NCBI GenBank assembly: GCA_964392285.1
Contig: CAYMOW010000002.1
Span: 1-64,000 of the forward strand
Origin: an uncultured Candidatus Saccharibacteria bacterium
GTDB taxonomy: Bacteria > Patescibacteriota > Minisyncoccia > Phycocordibacterales > WO2-35-19
Reading direction: 5' to 3'
Length of the DNA: 64,000 nucleotides
The notes below the pieces were generated by a model that made no database searches, had not been told where the DNA came from, and saw only the letters and a list, made by a program, of their open reading frames with translations. A program made the position numbers and the translations under genes. Positions within the stretch are counted from its first letter, which is position 1, and each line of letters opens with the position of its first letter. Of the stretch, positions 37,693 to 50,443 are shown one piece after another.

Positions 37693-37929
37693 CTATTTAA
37701 GACCCAGACTATCTTCAATCCGAGCCTGATCAAAGCCGACAATAACTTCGTCGCCAATCACAATAACCGGCACACCCATCTGGCCAGATTTTTGCATCAT
37801 CTCTTGTCTTTTGGATAAATCGCTCAAAACATCAAAGTCTTCAAAAGGCACATTGTTTTCTTTAAAAAAGTCTTTGGCTAAATGACAGAAATGGCAGGTT
37901 GGGGTCGAATAGATGGTTACTTTTTGCAT
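37693..37929 (-). CDS. glutaredoxin-like protein (NrdH/Grx family)
   Basis: MQKVTIYSTPTCHFCHLAKDFF...GVPVIVIGDEVIVG: CxxC and the cis-Pro region of the thioredoxin fold; start at the internal ATG (37929). Confidence 0.75.
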   Translation of the reverse strand: MQKVTIYSTPTCHFCHLAKDFFKENNVPFEDFDVLSDLSKRQEMMQKSGQMGVPVIVIGDEVIVGFDQARIEDSLGLK

Positions 37930-38146
37930 AGTCTTTTGGTTATTTGATAATATAATCCAAATTCTCCTCACAAGCTTTGCTGTAGAACGGACAGGGCTCA
38001 AGAACAACATCCTCGGGAGGAAACAGGTAGTCAGTATAAACCATAATCACACAAGCGCAAAGGGCCGAAAAAGAAGCAAAGATCAAGACTCTAACATAGT
38101 TCATAACCAATCTATTGTAGCAAAAAAACTAGCACAAAAAAACCAC

Positions 38147-38293
38147 CGGGGGCCAATCTCTTACAGCAGGAGGTAGTAAAGAGAGATCGGCCCCGGCGGT
38201 ACACGAGTGGGGTCGCCCGTGGACTGGCGACCCCGAGGGGAGGGTGGGGTCGGAGGAGCTTGACCTCGCAGAACGGACAAGCACCCCACCCCC
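38147..38293. other. GC-rich highly structured element between grx and groEL (candidate ncRNA or complex terminator)
   Basis: GGGGGCCAATCTCTTAC...GTAAAGAGAGATCGGCCCC long hairpin, GGGGTCGCC-CGTGGACT-GGCGACCCC perfect hairpin, and GGGTGGGGT...ACCCCACCC; stands out in an AT-rich neighbourhood. Confidence 0.4.
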
Positions 38294-38393
38294 CTATCTA
38301 ATGTCTAGGGTAACAAACCCACAGAATTTGTAAAGCCCCAATTCAAAAAACCCCCTCTCTTGCATCCAAGAGAAGAGGCTTGGGGATGAGTTA

Positions 38394-40040
<1,647 letters not shown>

Positions 40041-40144
40041 TTACAATTTTCAGTTTTCAATTTTCATTAAATTTCCAATTTCTCAATGTTTGAAAATTAG
40101 AAGATTTAATCATTTATTGAAAATTTTAAATTATAAATTGAAAA

Positions 40145-40498
40145 TTAATTGATAATTGCCAATATATTCTCCTCCTTCAAAATGTAATATTCTTCGCCTG
40201 CGTATTTTATTTCATCATAACCGTAGCGAGAAAAGACGACCCGATCACCAACCTTGACCGAAGGTTTGATCAAAACCCCATCATCCCACCTGCCCTCGCC
40301 CACCGCTACAACCTTGCCTTGCTCAGGCTTTTCCTTATTAACAGTGTCGGGAATAATAATACCCGAAGCTCTTTTATCGCCGATCTCTTCTGAAGCCAAA
40401 GGCCTCAAAACCACTCGATCGCCCAAAGGCCATAAGCCAAAAGTCGATCCGGACTTGGCTACAGACTTGTTTGTTTTTTTCTTTAATGGCTTTTTCAT
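40145..40498 (-). CDS. groES: co-chaperonin GroES (with a roughly 20-aa basic N-terminal extension in this ORF)
   Basis: LWPLGDRVVLRPLASEE...GKVVAVGEGR...GDRVVFSRYG. Confidence 0.85.
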   Translation of the reverse strand: MKKPLKKKTNKSVAKSGSTFGLWPLGDRVVLRPLASEEIGDKRASGIIIPDTVNKEKPEQGKVVAVGEGRWDDGVLIKPSVKVGDRVVFSRYGYDEIKYAGEEYYILKEENILAIIN

Positions 40499-40612
40499 AT
40501 GCCTTATGAGAAGTTAGCTTAATAATGCTTTTTGCGCGAGTTATTATAGTATATTTGAGGAAGCTTGCAAGACTCTGAACTTATGCTAGAATGATCCAGT
40601 AACCAATCCTTT

Positions 40613-40825
40613 ATGTTAGCTTATATCCAAATCATACTCGCCATTTTGCTTGGCGCGCTCGTCTTGATCCAGCAGTCCGAGGGTAGTTTGGGCTCGGCTT
40701 TTGGCGGTAGCAGTTTGGGCGAAAACACCCACACTCGCCGCGGGCCGGAACTTTGGATTTTCAGATCAACTATTGTTATTGCGATCGCCTTCGTTGCATC
40801 CACACTGCTCAATTTGGTATACTAG
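40613..40825 (+). CDS. secG: preprotein translocase subunit SecG
   Basis: MLAYIQIILAILLGALVLIQQSEGSLGSAFGGS...RRGPE, a second TM and the SecG pattern. Confidence 0.75.
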   Translation: MLAYIQIILAILLGALVLIQQSEGSLGSAFGGSSLGENTHTRRGPELWIFRSTIVIAIAFVASTLLNLVY

Positions 40826-40868
40826 AACTTCGTTTCTCCCATCTTTAATCCAATCTTGAAAAACATTA

Positions 40869-42617
40869 ATGAACCTTTTGGCAAAAATTTCATCTTTTTT
40901 TGATGCTTTATTCGTCCGTCCCCGAAGTCTAAAACTCTCAGAGAAAGGACAGGGCGTGATCGACTCAATGCGACCAACCGAAAAACTTTTGTTTGGAATC
41001 TTTGGTCTTGTTGTTGTTTTCAGTAGTCTGATCTTGCTTTTCAAAGTTCACCGATTCTTTCTGATCGAAGTACCGACTTATGGCGGAAGCTTCACTGAGG
41101 GTGTCGTCGGCAATCTGCGTTTTGTCAATCCGGTCCTAGCTATTTCCGATACCGACAAAGAGTTGTCGAGCCTTATTTACTCCGGCATCCTCAAGAAAGA
41201 TTCGTCTGGCGACTTAGTCAACGACCTGGCCGAAAGCTGGGCAATTTCAGAAGACGGACTCACCTATGAGGTCAAAATCCGCGAAGATGCTTTTTTCCAC
41301 GACGACCGACCAGTCACAAGCGCCGACATCGCCTTCACGATCGAAAAGGTGCTTGACCCAACAATCAAAAGTCCGCGCCGCGCCAACTGGGAAGGTGTGG
41401 AGGTAGAAATAATTTCCGAAAAATCTTTGCGCTTTGTGCTCAAAAAACCTTTCGGACCTTTTGCTGAAGCCCTGACTCTGGGCATATTACCCAAACATAT
41501 TTGGTCCAGTGCCTCTTCAGAAGAGTTTCCTTTTAGCGAATGGAATGTCAGCCCGATCGGCTCCGGCCCCTACCAGATCAACAACGTCAAGCGCAATTCA
41601 GCCGGTATTCCGAACTCCATCAGTCTTTCGGCTTGGTCAAAATACACACTCGGTAAACCATTCATAAAAAATCTAAACTTCAAATTCTTTTCAAACGACG
41701 AGGAACTAAAGAAAGCTTACGAAACCAAAGAAATCGACAGCTTGGCTCGGATTGGCAAAGAATCAGCTCGCCTGCTCGACCAAAAAGCAGATTTTATTTC
41801 GACTGCTTCGCCTAGAGTCTTCGGAGCTTTCTTCAACCAAAACTCGGCCCCCGCCTTTTTGAACAAAGAAGTCAGGCAGGCTCTGGATCTTTCGGCACCC
41901 AAAGACGAGATTGTCGAAAAGATCCTCTTTGGCTACGGCTCGGTTGCTCTCGGACCATTACCAGAACAAAACCGCCAGACCGCAGAAGAGAGCGACAAAA
42001 CTGCCGAAGCCAGAGAACTACTCAGATCACACGGCTGGCAAATCGATGAAGCCGATGGCATTCTCAAGAAAAAAACCAAATCAGAAACAGTGGCCCTAAG
42101 TTTCGTCTTGAGCACCGCCGACACACCCGAACTCAGACAAACGGCGGAAATACTCAGATCTGCCTGGCAAGCAATCGGAGCCAGTGTCGAAATCAAAGTT
42201 TTTGAAGCGAGCGACCTAAACCAAAATGTCATCCGCCCTCGAAAATACGATGTCTTACTTTTTGGTCAGGCAATTTCAAATCCGAGCGAACTTTATTCTT
42301 TCTGGCACTCCTCGCAACGCAACGATCCGGGCCTCAACGTACCACTTTATGCCAACATCACTGCCGACAAAATACTCGAGGAATTGCGCATCGGAAGCAA
42401 AATCGATCAAGAAGAAAGAATCAAAACTCTAACTCGCGAAATTACGAACGATGTGCCGGCGGTTTTCCTTTTTGTCCCCGACACCATTTATTTACCAGCC
42501 AAAAACATCAAAAACATTTCTCTACCCAAAGTTTCAAGCCCGAGCGAACGCTTCAATTCTATCAACAATTGGTTTATCGAGACCGATAAAGTTTGGAGCT
42601 TTTTTGCTCGGATATAA
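40869..42617 (+). CDS. ABC transporter substrate-binding protein, family 5 (oligopeptide/OppA-like), membrane anchored
   Basis: N-terminal TM, LVNDLAESWAISEDGLTYEVKIREDAFFHDDRPVTSADIAFTIEKVLDP. Confidence 0.75.
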   Translation: MNLLAKISSFFDALFVRPRSLKLSEKGQGVIDSMRPTEKLLFGIFGLVVVFSSLILLFKVHRFFLIEVPTYGGSFTEGVVGNLRFVNPVLAISDTDKELSSLIYSGILKKDSSGDLVNDLAESWAISEDGLTYEVKIREDAFFHDDRPVTSADIAFTIEKVLDPTIKSPRRANWEGVEVEIISEKSLRFVLKKPFGPFAEALTLGILPKHIWSSASSEEFPFSEWNVSPIGSGPYQINNVKRNSAGIPNSISLSAWSKYTLGKPFIKNLNFKFFSNDEELKKAYETKEIDSLARIGKESARLLDQKADFISTASPRVFGAFFNQNSAPAFLNKEVRQALDLSAPKDEIVEKILFGYGSVALGPLPEQNRQTAEESDKTAEARELLRSHGWQIDEADGILKKKTKSETVALSFVLSTADTPELRQTAEILRSAWQAIGASVEIKVFEASDLNQNVIRPRKYDVLLFGQAISNPSELYSFWHSSQRNDPGLNVPLYANITADKILEELRIGSKIDQEERIKTLTREITNDVPAVFLFVPDTIYLPAKNIKNISLPKVSSPSERFNSINNWFIETDKVWSFFARI

Positions 42618-42647
42618 CAAAAAATCAAAATTATCTTAAAAAGTCTA

Positions 42648-44545
42648 AAATGAAAAATCGAGAAAGAATCAGAAGCTATCATGCACCTAGCGCGCCCACC
42701 ACAAGACCAAGGCGTGCCCGTCGCACATTTACCACCACCGGAGCCGGTCAGACCCCAAGCAAACCCCGAAGCAGTTCGTCGCGTTTTAGCCGACCGCCCA
42801 AACGCCGGCCTTCGCCGCCACCGGTCAATCCAGAAAAAGAATTAGTGCGCAAGCCGGAAACTCTTGGCTTACCAACGGTGGGCAAAAATATCCGCATCAT
42901 CCCGCTCGGTGGCGTGGAGGAAGTCGGACGCAATATGACCGCAATCGAAATCGGCGACGATATTGTGGTTGTCGATGCCGGTTTTCAATTTAAAGATGAG
43001 GATTCGCCTGGTATCGATTACATCTTGCCCAACACCAAATACCTTGAGGAAAGAAAAGAGAAGATCCGCGGACTCTTTATCACCCACGGTCACCTCGACC
43101 ACATTGGCGGTATTCCCTTCATCATTGATCGCATTGGTTATCCGACGGTCTACACCAGGCAATTCGGTGCCATTATGGTCCAAAAACGCCAAGAAGAATT
43201 CCCTCACCTCAAACCCCTCGATATCAAAGTTATTGGAGGTAACGAAACCATTACCTGTGGCAAAATCCGAGTCAGCACCTTCCCCATTTCGCACACTATT
43301 CCGGATTCGATGGGTCTTGTGATCGAGACACCTTACGGCAATATCGTCTTTATCGAAGACGTGCGCGTCGACAACGTCAAGGGTGTGCCGACCGAAGAAG
43401 AAGAGCGCCAATACGAACGTTTCAAAAATATGAATGTCTTGCTTTTGACCATGGACTCGACTTCGATCGAAAAACCCGGCTTCTCTCTCTCCGAAAACGT
43501 CGTAGCTGAAAACATCGAGCGCTTCATCAAGGAGACCAAAGCTCGACTCATTATCGGCACCTTTGCGAGCCAAGTCGAGCGCATTATCTCAATCATCAAA
43601 ACGGCCGAAAAATACGGCAAGAAAATTGCCGTTGAAGGCAGAAGTATGAAAACCAACCTCGAGATTATAAAGCAACTAAAACTGGCCGAAATAACCAACA
43701 TCATCCCAATCGAGGAAATAGAAAATTATCCGCCTGACCGCATTGTGATGCTCGTCACTGGCGCCCAAGGCGAAGAATTTGCAGCTCTGATGCGTATCGC
43801 AAACAAAACTCACAAATATGTCCGACTCAAAAAAACCGATACTATCCTGCTCTCTTCTTCGATTATTCCGACCAACTACAAAGCCATCGTCAAACTCAAA
43901 GACAATCTTTATCGTTCAGAGGCCAAGGTCGTAACCTATCTCGACTCAGACATCCATGCCTCCGGTCACGGCAACCGCGATGAATTGCGCTGGATCCACA
44001 ATCAGATCAAGTATCGTTTCTTTATGCCGGTCCACGGCAACCATTATATGCTCTATCAGCATGCCGAATTGGCTCAATCAGTCGGCACCCCAAGAGAAAA
44101 CATCGTCATTCCCGACAACGGTTCAATCGTCGAAATTTATGATGAGGGCCAGAAGATCAAAGTCCTGAAAGAAAAGGCCCCGAGCGATTTGGTTATGGTC
44201 GACGGCTTCGCCGTTGGTGGCGTCCAAGAAGTGGTTTTGCGCGACCGACAAATGCTGGCCGAAGATGGGATGTTTGTTATCGTCGCAGTCATCAATCTCA
44301 AGACCGGACGCCTACGCAAATCACCAGACATCATCTCACGCGGATTTGTTTATCTACGCGAATCCCAAGACCTACTAAACCAAACTCGCCTCCTGATCAA
44401 AAAGACCATCGAGGATTCGACCCACAATACCAACCCGATCAATTTTGATTTCGTCAAAAACCAAGTCACCGACTCGGTCTCGCGCTTCCTCTTCCAACAA
44501 ACCGCCAAGAAGCCAATTGTTATACCAGTCGTCCTCGGATTGTAA
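42648..44545 (+). CDS. rnj: ribonuclease J (MBL + beta-CASP) with an Arg/Ser/Pro-rich N-terminal extension
   Basis: IRIIPLGGVEEVGRNMTAIEI, THGHLDHIGGIPF. The first roughly 85 aa are MKNRERIRSYHAPSAPTTRPRRARRTFTTTGAGQTPSKPRSSSSRFSRPPKRRPSPPPV; ATG at 42648 was chosen over the table start, which overlaps oppA. Confidence 0.85.
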
Positions 44546-44565
44546 TTGTAGTAGAATAGAGTCTT

Positions 44566-45720
44566 ATGGCATCAAGAAAGAGAGTCTGGTTTGTTTATCT
44601 CGGTGGGCTTTTTTTGGCTTTGCATTATGCACTCATCATCTACGTCAACTCCTCTTTTTTGAAGCAATTTATGCAAGAGAGCGCCATTAGCGCTCTCTAT
44701 GTGCTCGGTTCTGCCGTTAGCGTCGGTCTTTTTCTAAACGCCGGCCGGATTTTGCGCCACTTTGGCAATCTGACGACCTTTTTTATATTCCTGATCCTCG
44801 AACTAATCTCAATGGTCGGCATCTTCTCAGCCGATTCGGCTTCGAGCGCGGCTTTCTTTTTCATAATCCATCAGGCCGTCATCTCGCTTATCTTCTACAA
44901 CCTCGATATCTTCCTCGAACGCGAACAAGAAGTCGAGGAGAACACCGGCAATCGCCGAGGCGCTTTTCTAACCTTCCAAAACATTGCCTGGATCAGCGCC
45001 CCGATCATCTCGGGATTTATTGCCAACGCTTTTGGCCTCAAAAACGTTTATCTTTTGGCATCGATTTTGATAATTCCACCAGCGATCATTTTGGGCAAGA
45101 TTTTCTATGGCCGGATCCATCCGCCGATCAGAACAACCAGTCTAATAGAAATCTATCACTTCCTGCGGACCAAAAGCGATCTCAAGAGAATTTTGCTTTC
45201 GAATATTTTGTTGCAATTTTTCTACGCCACTATGGTCATCTTTATCCCAATATTTCTGATCGAGAGTCTGGGCTTCAACTGGCAACAGACCGGCATCATC
45301 TTTACGATTATGCTTCTACCCTTCCTGATCCTTGAATGGCCACTCGGTTACATCGCCGACAAAAAACTCGGTGAAAAAGAAATATTGGGTTTTGGTTTTA
45401 TAACTATGGGCTTTGCGACCCTAATTGTCTCGATCACAAGCTCAACGGCTTTTTCCGTCTGGGCCCTGCTTCTCTTTGCTACTCGCATCGGAGCAAGCGC
45501 AGTCGAAATCGGCAACGAAGCTTACTTCTTCCGCCAAGTCAAAGAACGCGACGCCGGCATCATCGGCCTCTTCCGGATGACTCGCCCGCTCGCCTACGTC
45601 CTCTCGCCTATCTTTGCTTATATTGTTTTGAGCTTTGCCGGAGTTCGAACCCTCTTCTTTCTCCTCGCGCTTCTAACCCTCCTCGGCTTGATTTTTATCC
45701 CCAAAAAAGATACCAGGTAA
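44566..45720 (+). CDS. MFS transporter
   Basis: 12 predicted TM segments with a central loop, the MFS architecture. Confidence 0.7.
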   Translation: MASRKRVWFVYLGGLFLALHYALIIYVNSSFLKQFMQESAISALYVLGSAVSVGLFLNAGRILRHFGNLTTFFIFLILELISMVGIFSADSASSAAFFFIIHQAVISLIFYNLDIFLEREQEVEENTGNRRGAFLTFQNIAWISAPIISGFIANAFGLKNVYLLASILIIPPAIILGKIFYGRIHPPIRTTSLIEIYHFLRTKSDLKRILLSNILLQFFYATMVIFIPIFLIESLGFNWQQTGIIFTIMLLPFLILEWPLGYIADKKLGEKEILGFGFITMGFATLIVSITSSTAFSVWALLLFATRIGASAVEIGNEAYFFRQVKERDAGIIGLFRMTRPLAYVLSPIFAYIVLSFAGVRTLFFLLALLTLLGLIFIPKKDTR

Positions 45721-45723
45721 AAA

Positions 45724-46227
45724 TTAAGGTTCCAAAATACCTTCCGTCTCACCATCAATTGAGATGACAACCCGATCGATATCTGGCAGAGCCATAAGTG
45801 TATTCTCGATCTGTGAGCGGATGGCCGCAGCATTGCAAGAACCAGCCAAACCTTGATTTAGAGCAGAATTAAAATCAACATAAGATGTACCGTCTAGTAT
45901 TTCAAATTTCTGAATCAAGGTAGCTGGATTGACAGCAGAAAAATAGTCAACCTGCTCTTCCGGCCTCAAACCCTCAATCAAAGCCGACAGGGCCCCAGGG
46001 CCCAAAGTTTCGGCATTCAAGACTTTGCGATTTAGAGGCGCTTCGGCCAAACAACTTTCCAGTTCTGCGACTGATTTTTTTACAAAAAAGACTTGAACCT
46101 CCTTTTCCCATTCAAAAGCATTGGCAACCGGAGTCGGCTCGGTTCGACGGCCAAAATTCGCAACCAACAAAAGAAAGAGCAAGCCACAGGCTACAACGTA
46201 AACGAAATATTTCAAAATTTTTGTCAT
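45724..46227 (-). CDS. secreted GerMN-like domain protein (putative)
   Basis: N-terminal TM/signal, and a C-terminal ...ALPDIDRVVISIDGET pattern resembling GerM/Gmad2 domains. Confidence 0.35.
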   Translation of the reverse strand: MTKILKYFVYVVACGLLFLLLVANFGRRTEPTPVANAFEWEKEVQVFFVKKSVAELESCLAEAPLNRKVLNAETLGPGALSALIEGLRPEEQVDYFSAVNPATLIQKFEILDGTSYVDFNSALNQGLAGSCNAAAIRSQIENTLMALPDIDRVVISIDGETEGILEP

Positions 46228-46249
46228 AGCACGAAATTAAGTTTGAGCC

Positions 46250-46549
46250 TCAAACAACAACCTTTTTCTTTCTGGTTTTAGGTTTAACCACACTGGAAAG
46301 GAGTAAGGTAAAAATCGTCCGGACAAAACTCGAGGCTTCGCTCGAAAGTTCCGAACCCAAGAGAGTTGCGCCCTTGGCAAAACTTTTGGCAATAAACTCG
46401 GCCTCGCGCCGAGCAATGTTTGAAAGCTTTTTGACATCGCGCAAAATCGAAAGCACATAAAACAAGACCGCCAGAAGCAAACCAAAAACGGCAATCGTCG
46501 CCACACTTGCCACCGCAAAATAAATTTGCATATAAGAAAGATCGCTCAT
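46250..46549 (-). CDS. hypothetical membrane protein
   Basis: ORF with two hydrophobic segments and a lysine-rich C-terminus. Confidence 0.4.
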   Translation of the reverse strand: MSDLSYMQIYFAVASVATIAVFGLLLAVLFYVLSILRDVKKLSNIARREAEFIAKSFAKGATLLGSELSSEASSFVRTIFTLLLSSVVKPKTRKKKVVV

Positions 46550-46610
46550 ATGTATATTCTACACGATTCAAATCACAAAAAGTGAGTCGACCTGTGAATT
46601 ACTCGAGACT

Positions 46611-47018
46611 TCATTGGATAAAGTCTACTTCAAACCCATACATCCCCATCGTACAACTACCCTGCATCAAACCTTCGGCGGGCGAACCGACCTCAATGTC
46701 TGTATTGCCAGAAAAATCCAGACTCCTACTTATACCAACACTTGGGATCCTGACTGAAACAGAACAATCAAACGAGCCTTTAGAGTCAAAACGAAAAACG
46801 GTCGGCAGACCGGCTTTGGCAACGCTTCGCCTCGGAGAGTATCCGCCCTTGGCTCTTATATTTACAACCTGCACCCCATCAACAAATTCGACATTCGCCG
46901 TCGGTGCTTTGGTGTAGTTCGCCTCTCTGGGTCTGCTTTCTTGACTCTTACCCTGACCAAATAAGAACAAGAGGCCGACTAAGGCCAATAAAGTTATTCC
47001 GATCAGAGCAGTTTTCAT
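46611..47018 (-). CDS. secreted cupredoxin-like/metal-binding domain protein (putative copper-binding partner of the cop operon)
   Basis: Signal peptide, and a beta-rich domain ending GSCTMGMYGFEV (a Cys/Met pair). It lies immediately downstream of the HMA-permease and copA on the same strand. Confidence 0.4.
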   Translation of the reverse strand: MKTALIGITLLALVGLLFLFGQGKSQESRPREANYTKAPTANVEFVDGVQVVNIRAKGGYSPRRSVAKAGLPTVFRFDSKGSFDCSVSVRIPSVGISRSLDFSGNTDIEVGSPAEGLMQGSCTMGMYGFEVDFIQ

Positions 47019-47031
47019 AAAATTTATTCTA

Positions 47032-48054
47032 TCAGAAATTAAAAATCGGTGACAAAAGACCGACTGCCACCAAACTATTCAGAAGATTAAACAGAGCAAA
47101 GAGGATAACTAGAAGACCGGCTGATTTGAAGAAAACTCCAGCCCAAGAACTTTTGTGTATGGCAAAAGACGAAAAGCTGAGGAGCGCAAGTATTGGCAAG
47201 GTACCGAGAGCAAAGACAAACATCGTGAGCGCGCCGTCCAAGAAGGAGCCCGAAGAAAGAGTGTAGATCTGCATTGATTGGGTAAAACCGCAAGGCAAAA
47301 AGAAGGTCGCGACGCCAACTAAAATCGGCGAAAGAGAATGGCTAAGCTTTGAAGCATTGTGAACGTGCTTGCCAATAAACTTTGGCATACGCGGCTCTAG
47401 CCTCTTGGCCCAAGGAAAGATATCAAGCAAATTTATCCCGAGCACAACCATGACCAAACCAATGATCAAGCTCAGAACAAAAGAGAGGCTCGGACTCAAA
47501 GTAAAGGCGGTACCCATGGCACCAATCACTCCACCCAACAAAAAGAAAGAGACTAGTCGACCAAGATGGAACATAGTTTGGGGACGCAACTTATCGCCTT
47601 CTTTGGCAAAAGTTGCCGACATCGAAAGCACCAGACCGCCCACAACCGCCATACAAGAAGAAAGCGAGGCAATCACCCCAACAAGAAAGACGGTGCCAAA
47701 AGACAACTTACTCGCATCAACCCAATTTACTATGCCAAGCTTTTGGAGCAGAACAAAAAGCACACTCAGAAAAAGAGCAATGGGTATAGCCCATCTAAAG
47801 TCCGACCACTTGCCTGACTTTGACTCTTTTTCCAAAGAAAGTTTGTAGCCGTGCGGTATAAGTGGTCGCGAGAGGAACTCGGCAATTTCCGCCGCGCTCA
47901 GATCGCCAAAATCACCAACAACCTGCATCGTTTGGGTTTTTAGGTGAGACTTTGCGCTTTCAACCCCGGCAATATTGCCGACTTCGCTTTCGGTCAACAG
48001 GACACAAGAAGCGCAGTGCATACCATGAATATGAAAAGTGTAATTCTGGCTCAT
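47032..48054 (-). CDS. HMA (heavy-metal-associated) domain fused to a polytopic membrane permease-like domain
   Basis: [20 protein letters not shown] (MxCxxC), followed by about 8 TM segments. The start overlaps the copA stop by 4 nt. Confidence 0.65.
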   Translation of the reverse strand: MSQNYTFHIHGMHCASCVLLTESEVGNIAGVESAKSHLKTQTMQVVGDFGDLSAAEIAEFLSRPLIPHGYKLSLEKESKSGKWSDFRWAIPIALFLSVLFVLLQKLGIVNWVDASKLSFGTVFLVGVIASLSSCMAVVGGLVLSMSATFAKEGDKLRPQTMFHLGRLVSFFLLGGVIGAMGTAFTLSPSLSFVLSLIIGLVMVVLGINLLDIFPWAKRLEPRMPKFIGKHVHNASKLSHSLSPILVGVATFFLPCGFTQSMQIYTLSSGSFLDGALTMFVFALGTLPILALLSFSSFAIHKSSWAGVFFKSAGLLVILFALFNLLNSLVAVGLLSPIFNF

Positions 48055-50396
48055 ATTTTTTTGGATTTTATTCGTAATGAATTCGCTACAACCGAGACAC
48101 TCGACATCGCCATGGCAAAGCCGGCAAAGATTGGGTTGAGTAGCCAGCCGAAAAAGGGATAAAAAGCTCCAGCCGCAAGCGGGATACCCACAACGTTATA
48201 AATAAAAGCCCAGAACAAATTTTGCCTGATACCGCGCATGGTCATCTTTGAGAGCCGGGTAGCTTTGACAAGTTTGGAGATGTCGCCATGAAGCAGAGTG
48301 ATCCCGGCCGATTCGATTGCCACATCAGTACCAGTCGCCATAGCAATACCGACATCGGCTTTGGCCAAAGCCGGAGCATCGTTCACCCCATCGCCAGCCA
48401 TCGCAACCACAAGACCTTCTCTTTGCAGAGCCTCAATCTTGCGTAGTTTGTCCTCGGGCAAGACATGAGCGACGACCTCATCGATACCGACCTCGTTTGC
48501 AATATAACGCGCGGTCTTCTCTTCATCACCAGTGAGCATTACAACTTTGATCCCGAGTTTGTGGAGGTCGGAAACAGCTTGCTTTGCTTCTGGCTTTACC
48601 TCGTCGGCAACCATCACCAAGGCTAACACTTTTTCTTTTGTAGCCAAGATAACCGGTGTTTTGCCCTGAGCGGTTAGCTCGTGCAGTTTGGTCTGTTCAA
48701 AATCGAGAGCGAGTTCGTCTACAAGTTTTGTATTGCCGGCAAAGTATTCGACTCCATCGATCAGCCCTTTGATACCCTTCCCTTGCAGATTTTGAAAATT
48801 GACCACTTCCGCAAGATCCAAATTTTTGGCTTCGGTCCTTAGAGGATCTGCGGTCCTTACAGGATCTACGACCCTTTCAGGATCTGCGACATAATTCAAG
48901 ATGGCGCGAGCGATTGGGTGCTCGGACTTTTTCTCCAGCGAAGCCAAGATTGAGATCACTTGCGAGTCGGTAAAGGTTGAAAAGTTTATGACATCGACGA
49001 GAGTTGGAAAACCTTTAGTCACAGTGCCGGTCTTATCGACAACTACTGTATTTACTTTGTGCAATTTCTCCAAAGTCGCCGCATCTTTGATGAGGATGCC
49101 TTCCTTGGCACCCTTGCCCACCCCGACGATTATAGCGGTCGGCGTAGCCAAACCCAGAGCGCAAGGACAAGCAATGACCAGGATACCCACAAATGAGACC
49201 AGACCAAAAGAGAGAGCTTCGGCAAAACCCAAATATTGCGAACCGACAAAGAGCCAGAGCCCCAAGGTAACAAAGGCGAGCACAAGCACAACCGGCACAA
49301 AAACACTGGAGATTTTGTCCGCAAGCGCTTGGATCGGCGCTTTGCTGCCTTGGGCCTCTCTTACCATTTTTACAATCTGAGCGAGCAGGGTTTCTGAGCC
49401 AACTTTGGTCGCTTTGAAAACAAAAGAGCCTGTCGTATTGATAGTCCCCGAAACAACGCTGTCACCGACCGATTTTTTCACCGGCATTGGCTCACCGGTC
49501 ACAAGCGATTCATCTACAAAAGAAACACCATTGGTTATCAGACCATCGACAGGAATCTTTGAACCGGGTTTGACCACAATCAAATCGCCATGCTTTACAT
49601 CATTCACAGAAATTTCGATCTCTTGACCGTCGCGTATCACCAAAGCAGTTTTGGCCTGAAGATTGAGAAGCTTTTCGATAGCATCGCCGGTCTTTACCTT
49701 TGAACGAGCTTCGAGATACTTGCCGAGAGTAATAAAAGTGATGACAACAATTGTGACATCATAATATTGGTGATCGACATTTACAAAATTCTCAAGCAAG
49801 GTCTCGAAGGCTGAGATCACAAAGCTATACAGATAGGCTGCGCTTGTACCGATACCAATCAGGGTATCCATGTTGGCCTTACCAAAACGCAGAAAACGAT
49901 AGACACCAGAAAGATACGGTCGGCCAATAACAAACAAAATATAAGTCGCAAACACCGGCAATAAGTGATGCACAAAATCATCGACTACCGGACTCATTTC
50001 GGCTGCCAACTCATATTGCATCAAAACATCCCAGATCATTATGGCGATACTAAAGATCGCAATCGGCACCGCCGAGAACAACCCTTTCTTCATACTTTGT
50101 AATTCGGCAAGCTTCTCCACCTTTGACTCACTGAGTCCGAGATGCTTCGCGTGCTCGTCTGCGCTCATACCCATTGCCTCGGCTGTGTCTTCAACAAGAG
50201 AGTAGCCCAACGGTTCGATTTGTTTTGACAGATCTTTGGCGTGCAACTTCTGCTCATCAAAACTTATTTTGGCCGTTTCCGTACCAAAATTTACTTCAAC
50301 ACTATTTACGCCACTTTCTTTTTTGAGCGTCTTTTCGATAATATTGGCGCAAGACGCACAATGCATTCCTTTTATCTTAAAAATTTCTTTTCTCAT
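48051..50396 (-). CDS. copA: copper-translocating P1B-type ATPase CopA
   Basis: N-terminal [19 protein letters not shown] motif ([12 protein letters not shown]), DKTGTVT, and [10 protein letters not shown]. Confidence 0.95.
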   Translation of the reverse strand: MRKEIFKIKGMHCASCANIIEKTLKKESGVNSVEVNFGTETAKISFDEQKLHAKDLSKQIEPLGYSLVEDTAEAMGMSADEHAKHLGLSESKVEKLAELQSMKKGLFSAVPIAIFSIAIMIWDVLMQYELAAEMSPVVDDFVHHLLPVFATYILFVIGRPYLSGVYRFLRFGKANMDTLIGIGTSAAYLYSFVISAFETLLENFVNVDHQYYDVTIVVITFITLGKYLEARSKVKTGDAIEKLLNLQAKTALVIRDGQEIEISVNDVKHGDLIVVKPGSKIPVDGLITNGVSFVDESLVTGEPMPVKKSVGDSVVSGTINTTGSFVFKATKVGSETLLAQIVKMVREAQGSKAPIQALADKISSVFVPVVLVLAFVTLGLWLFVGSQYLGFAEALSFGLVSFVGILVIACPCALGLATPTAIIVGVGKGAKEGILIKDAATLEKLHKVNTVVVDKTGTVTKGFPTLVDVINFSTFTDSQVISILASLEKKSEHPIARAILNYVADPERVVDPVRTADPLRTEAKNLDLAEVVNFQNLQGKGIKGLIDGVEYFAGNTKLVDELALDFEQTKLHELTAQGKTPVILATKEKVLALVMVADEVKPEAKQAVSDLHKLGIKVVMLTGDEEKTARYIANEVGIDEVVAHVLPEDKLRKIEALQREGLVVAMAGDGVNDAPALAKADVGIAMATGTDVAIESAGITLLHGDISKLVKATRLSKMTMRGIRQNLFWAFIYNVVGIPLAAGAFYPFFGWLLNPIFAGFAMAMSSVSVVANSLRIKSKKI

Positions 50397-50443
50397 ATCT
50401 TATATTTTTTATTTTTCGTAGTTTTCGTATAATTTTAGTCTAT

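Noticed and set aside
42593-42647. Upstream start for rnj (MELFCSDITKNQNYLKKSK...)
   Set aside because: It would overlap the oppA-like gene by 25 nt. ATG at 42648 is preceded by an A-rich RBS-like stretch and gives a clean gene boundary.
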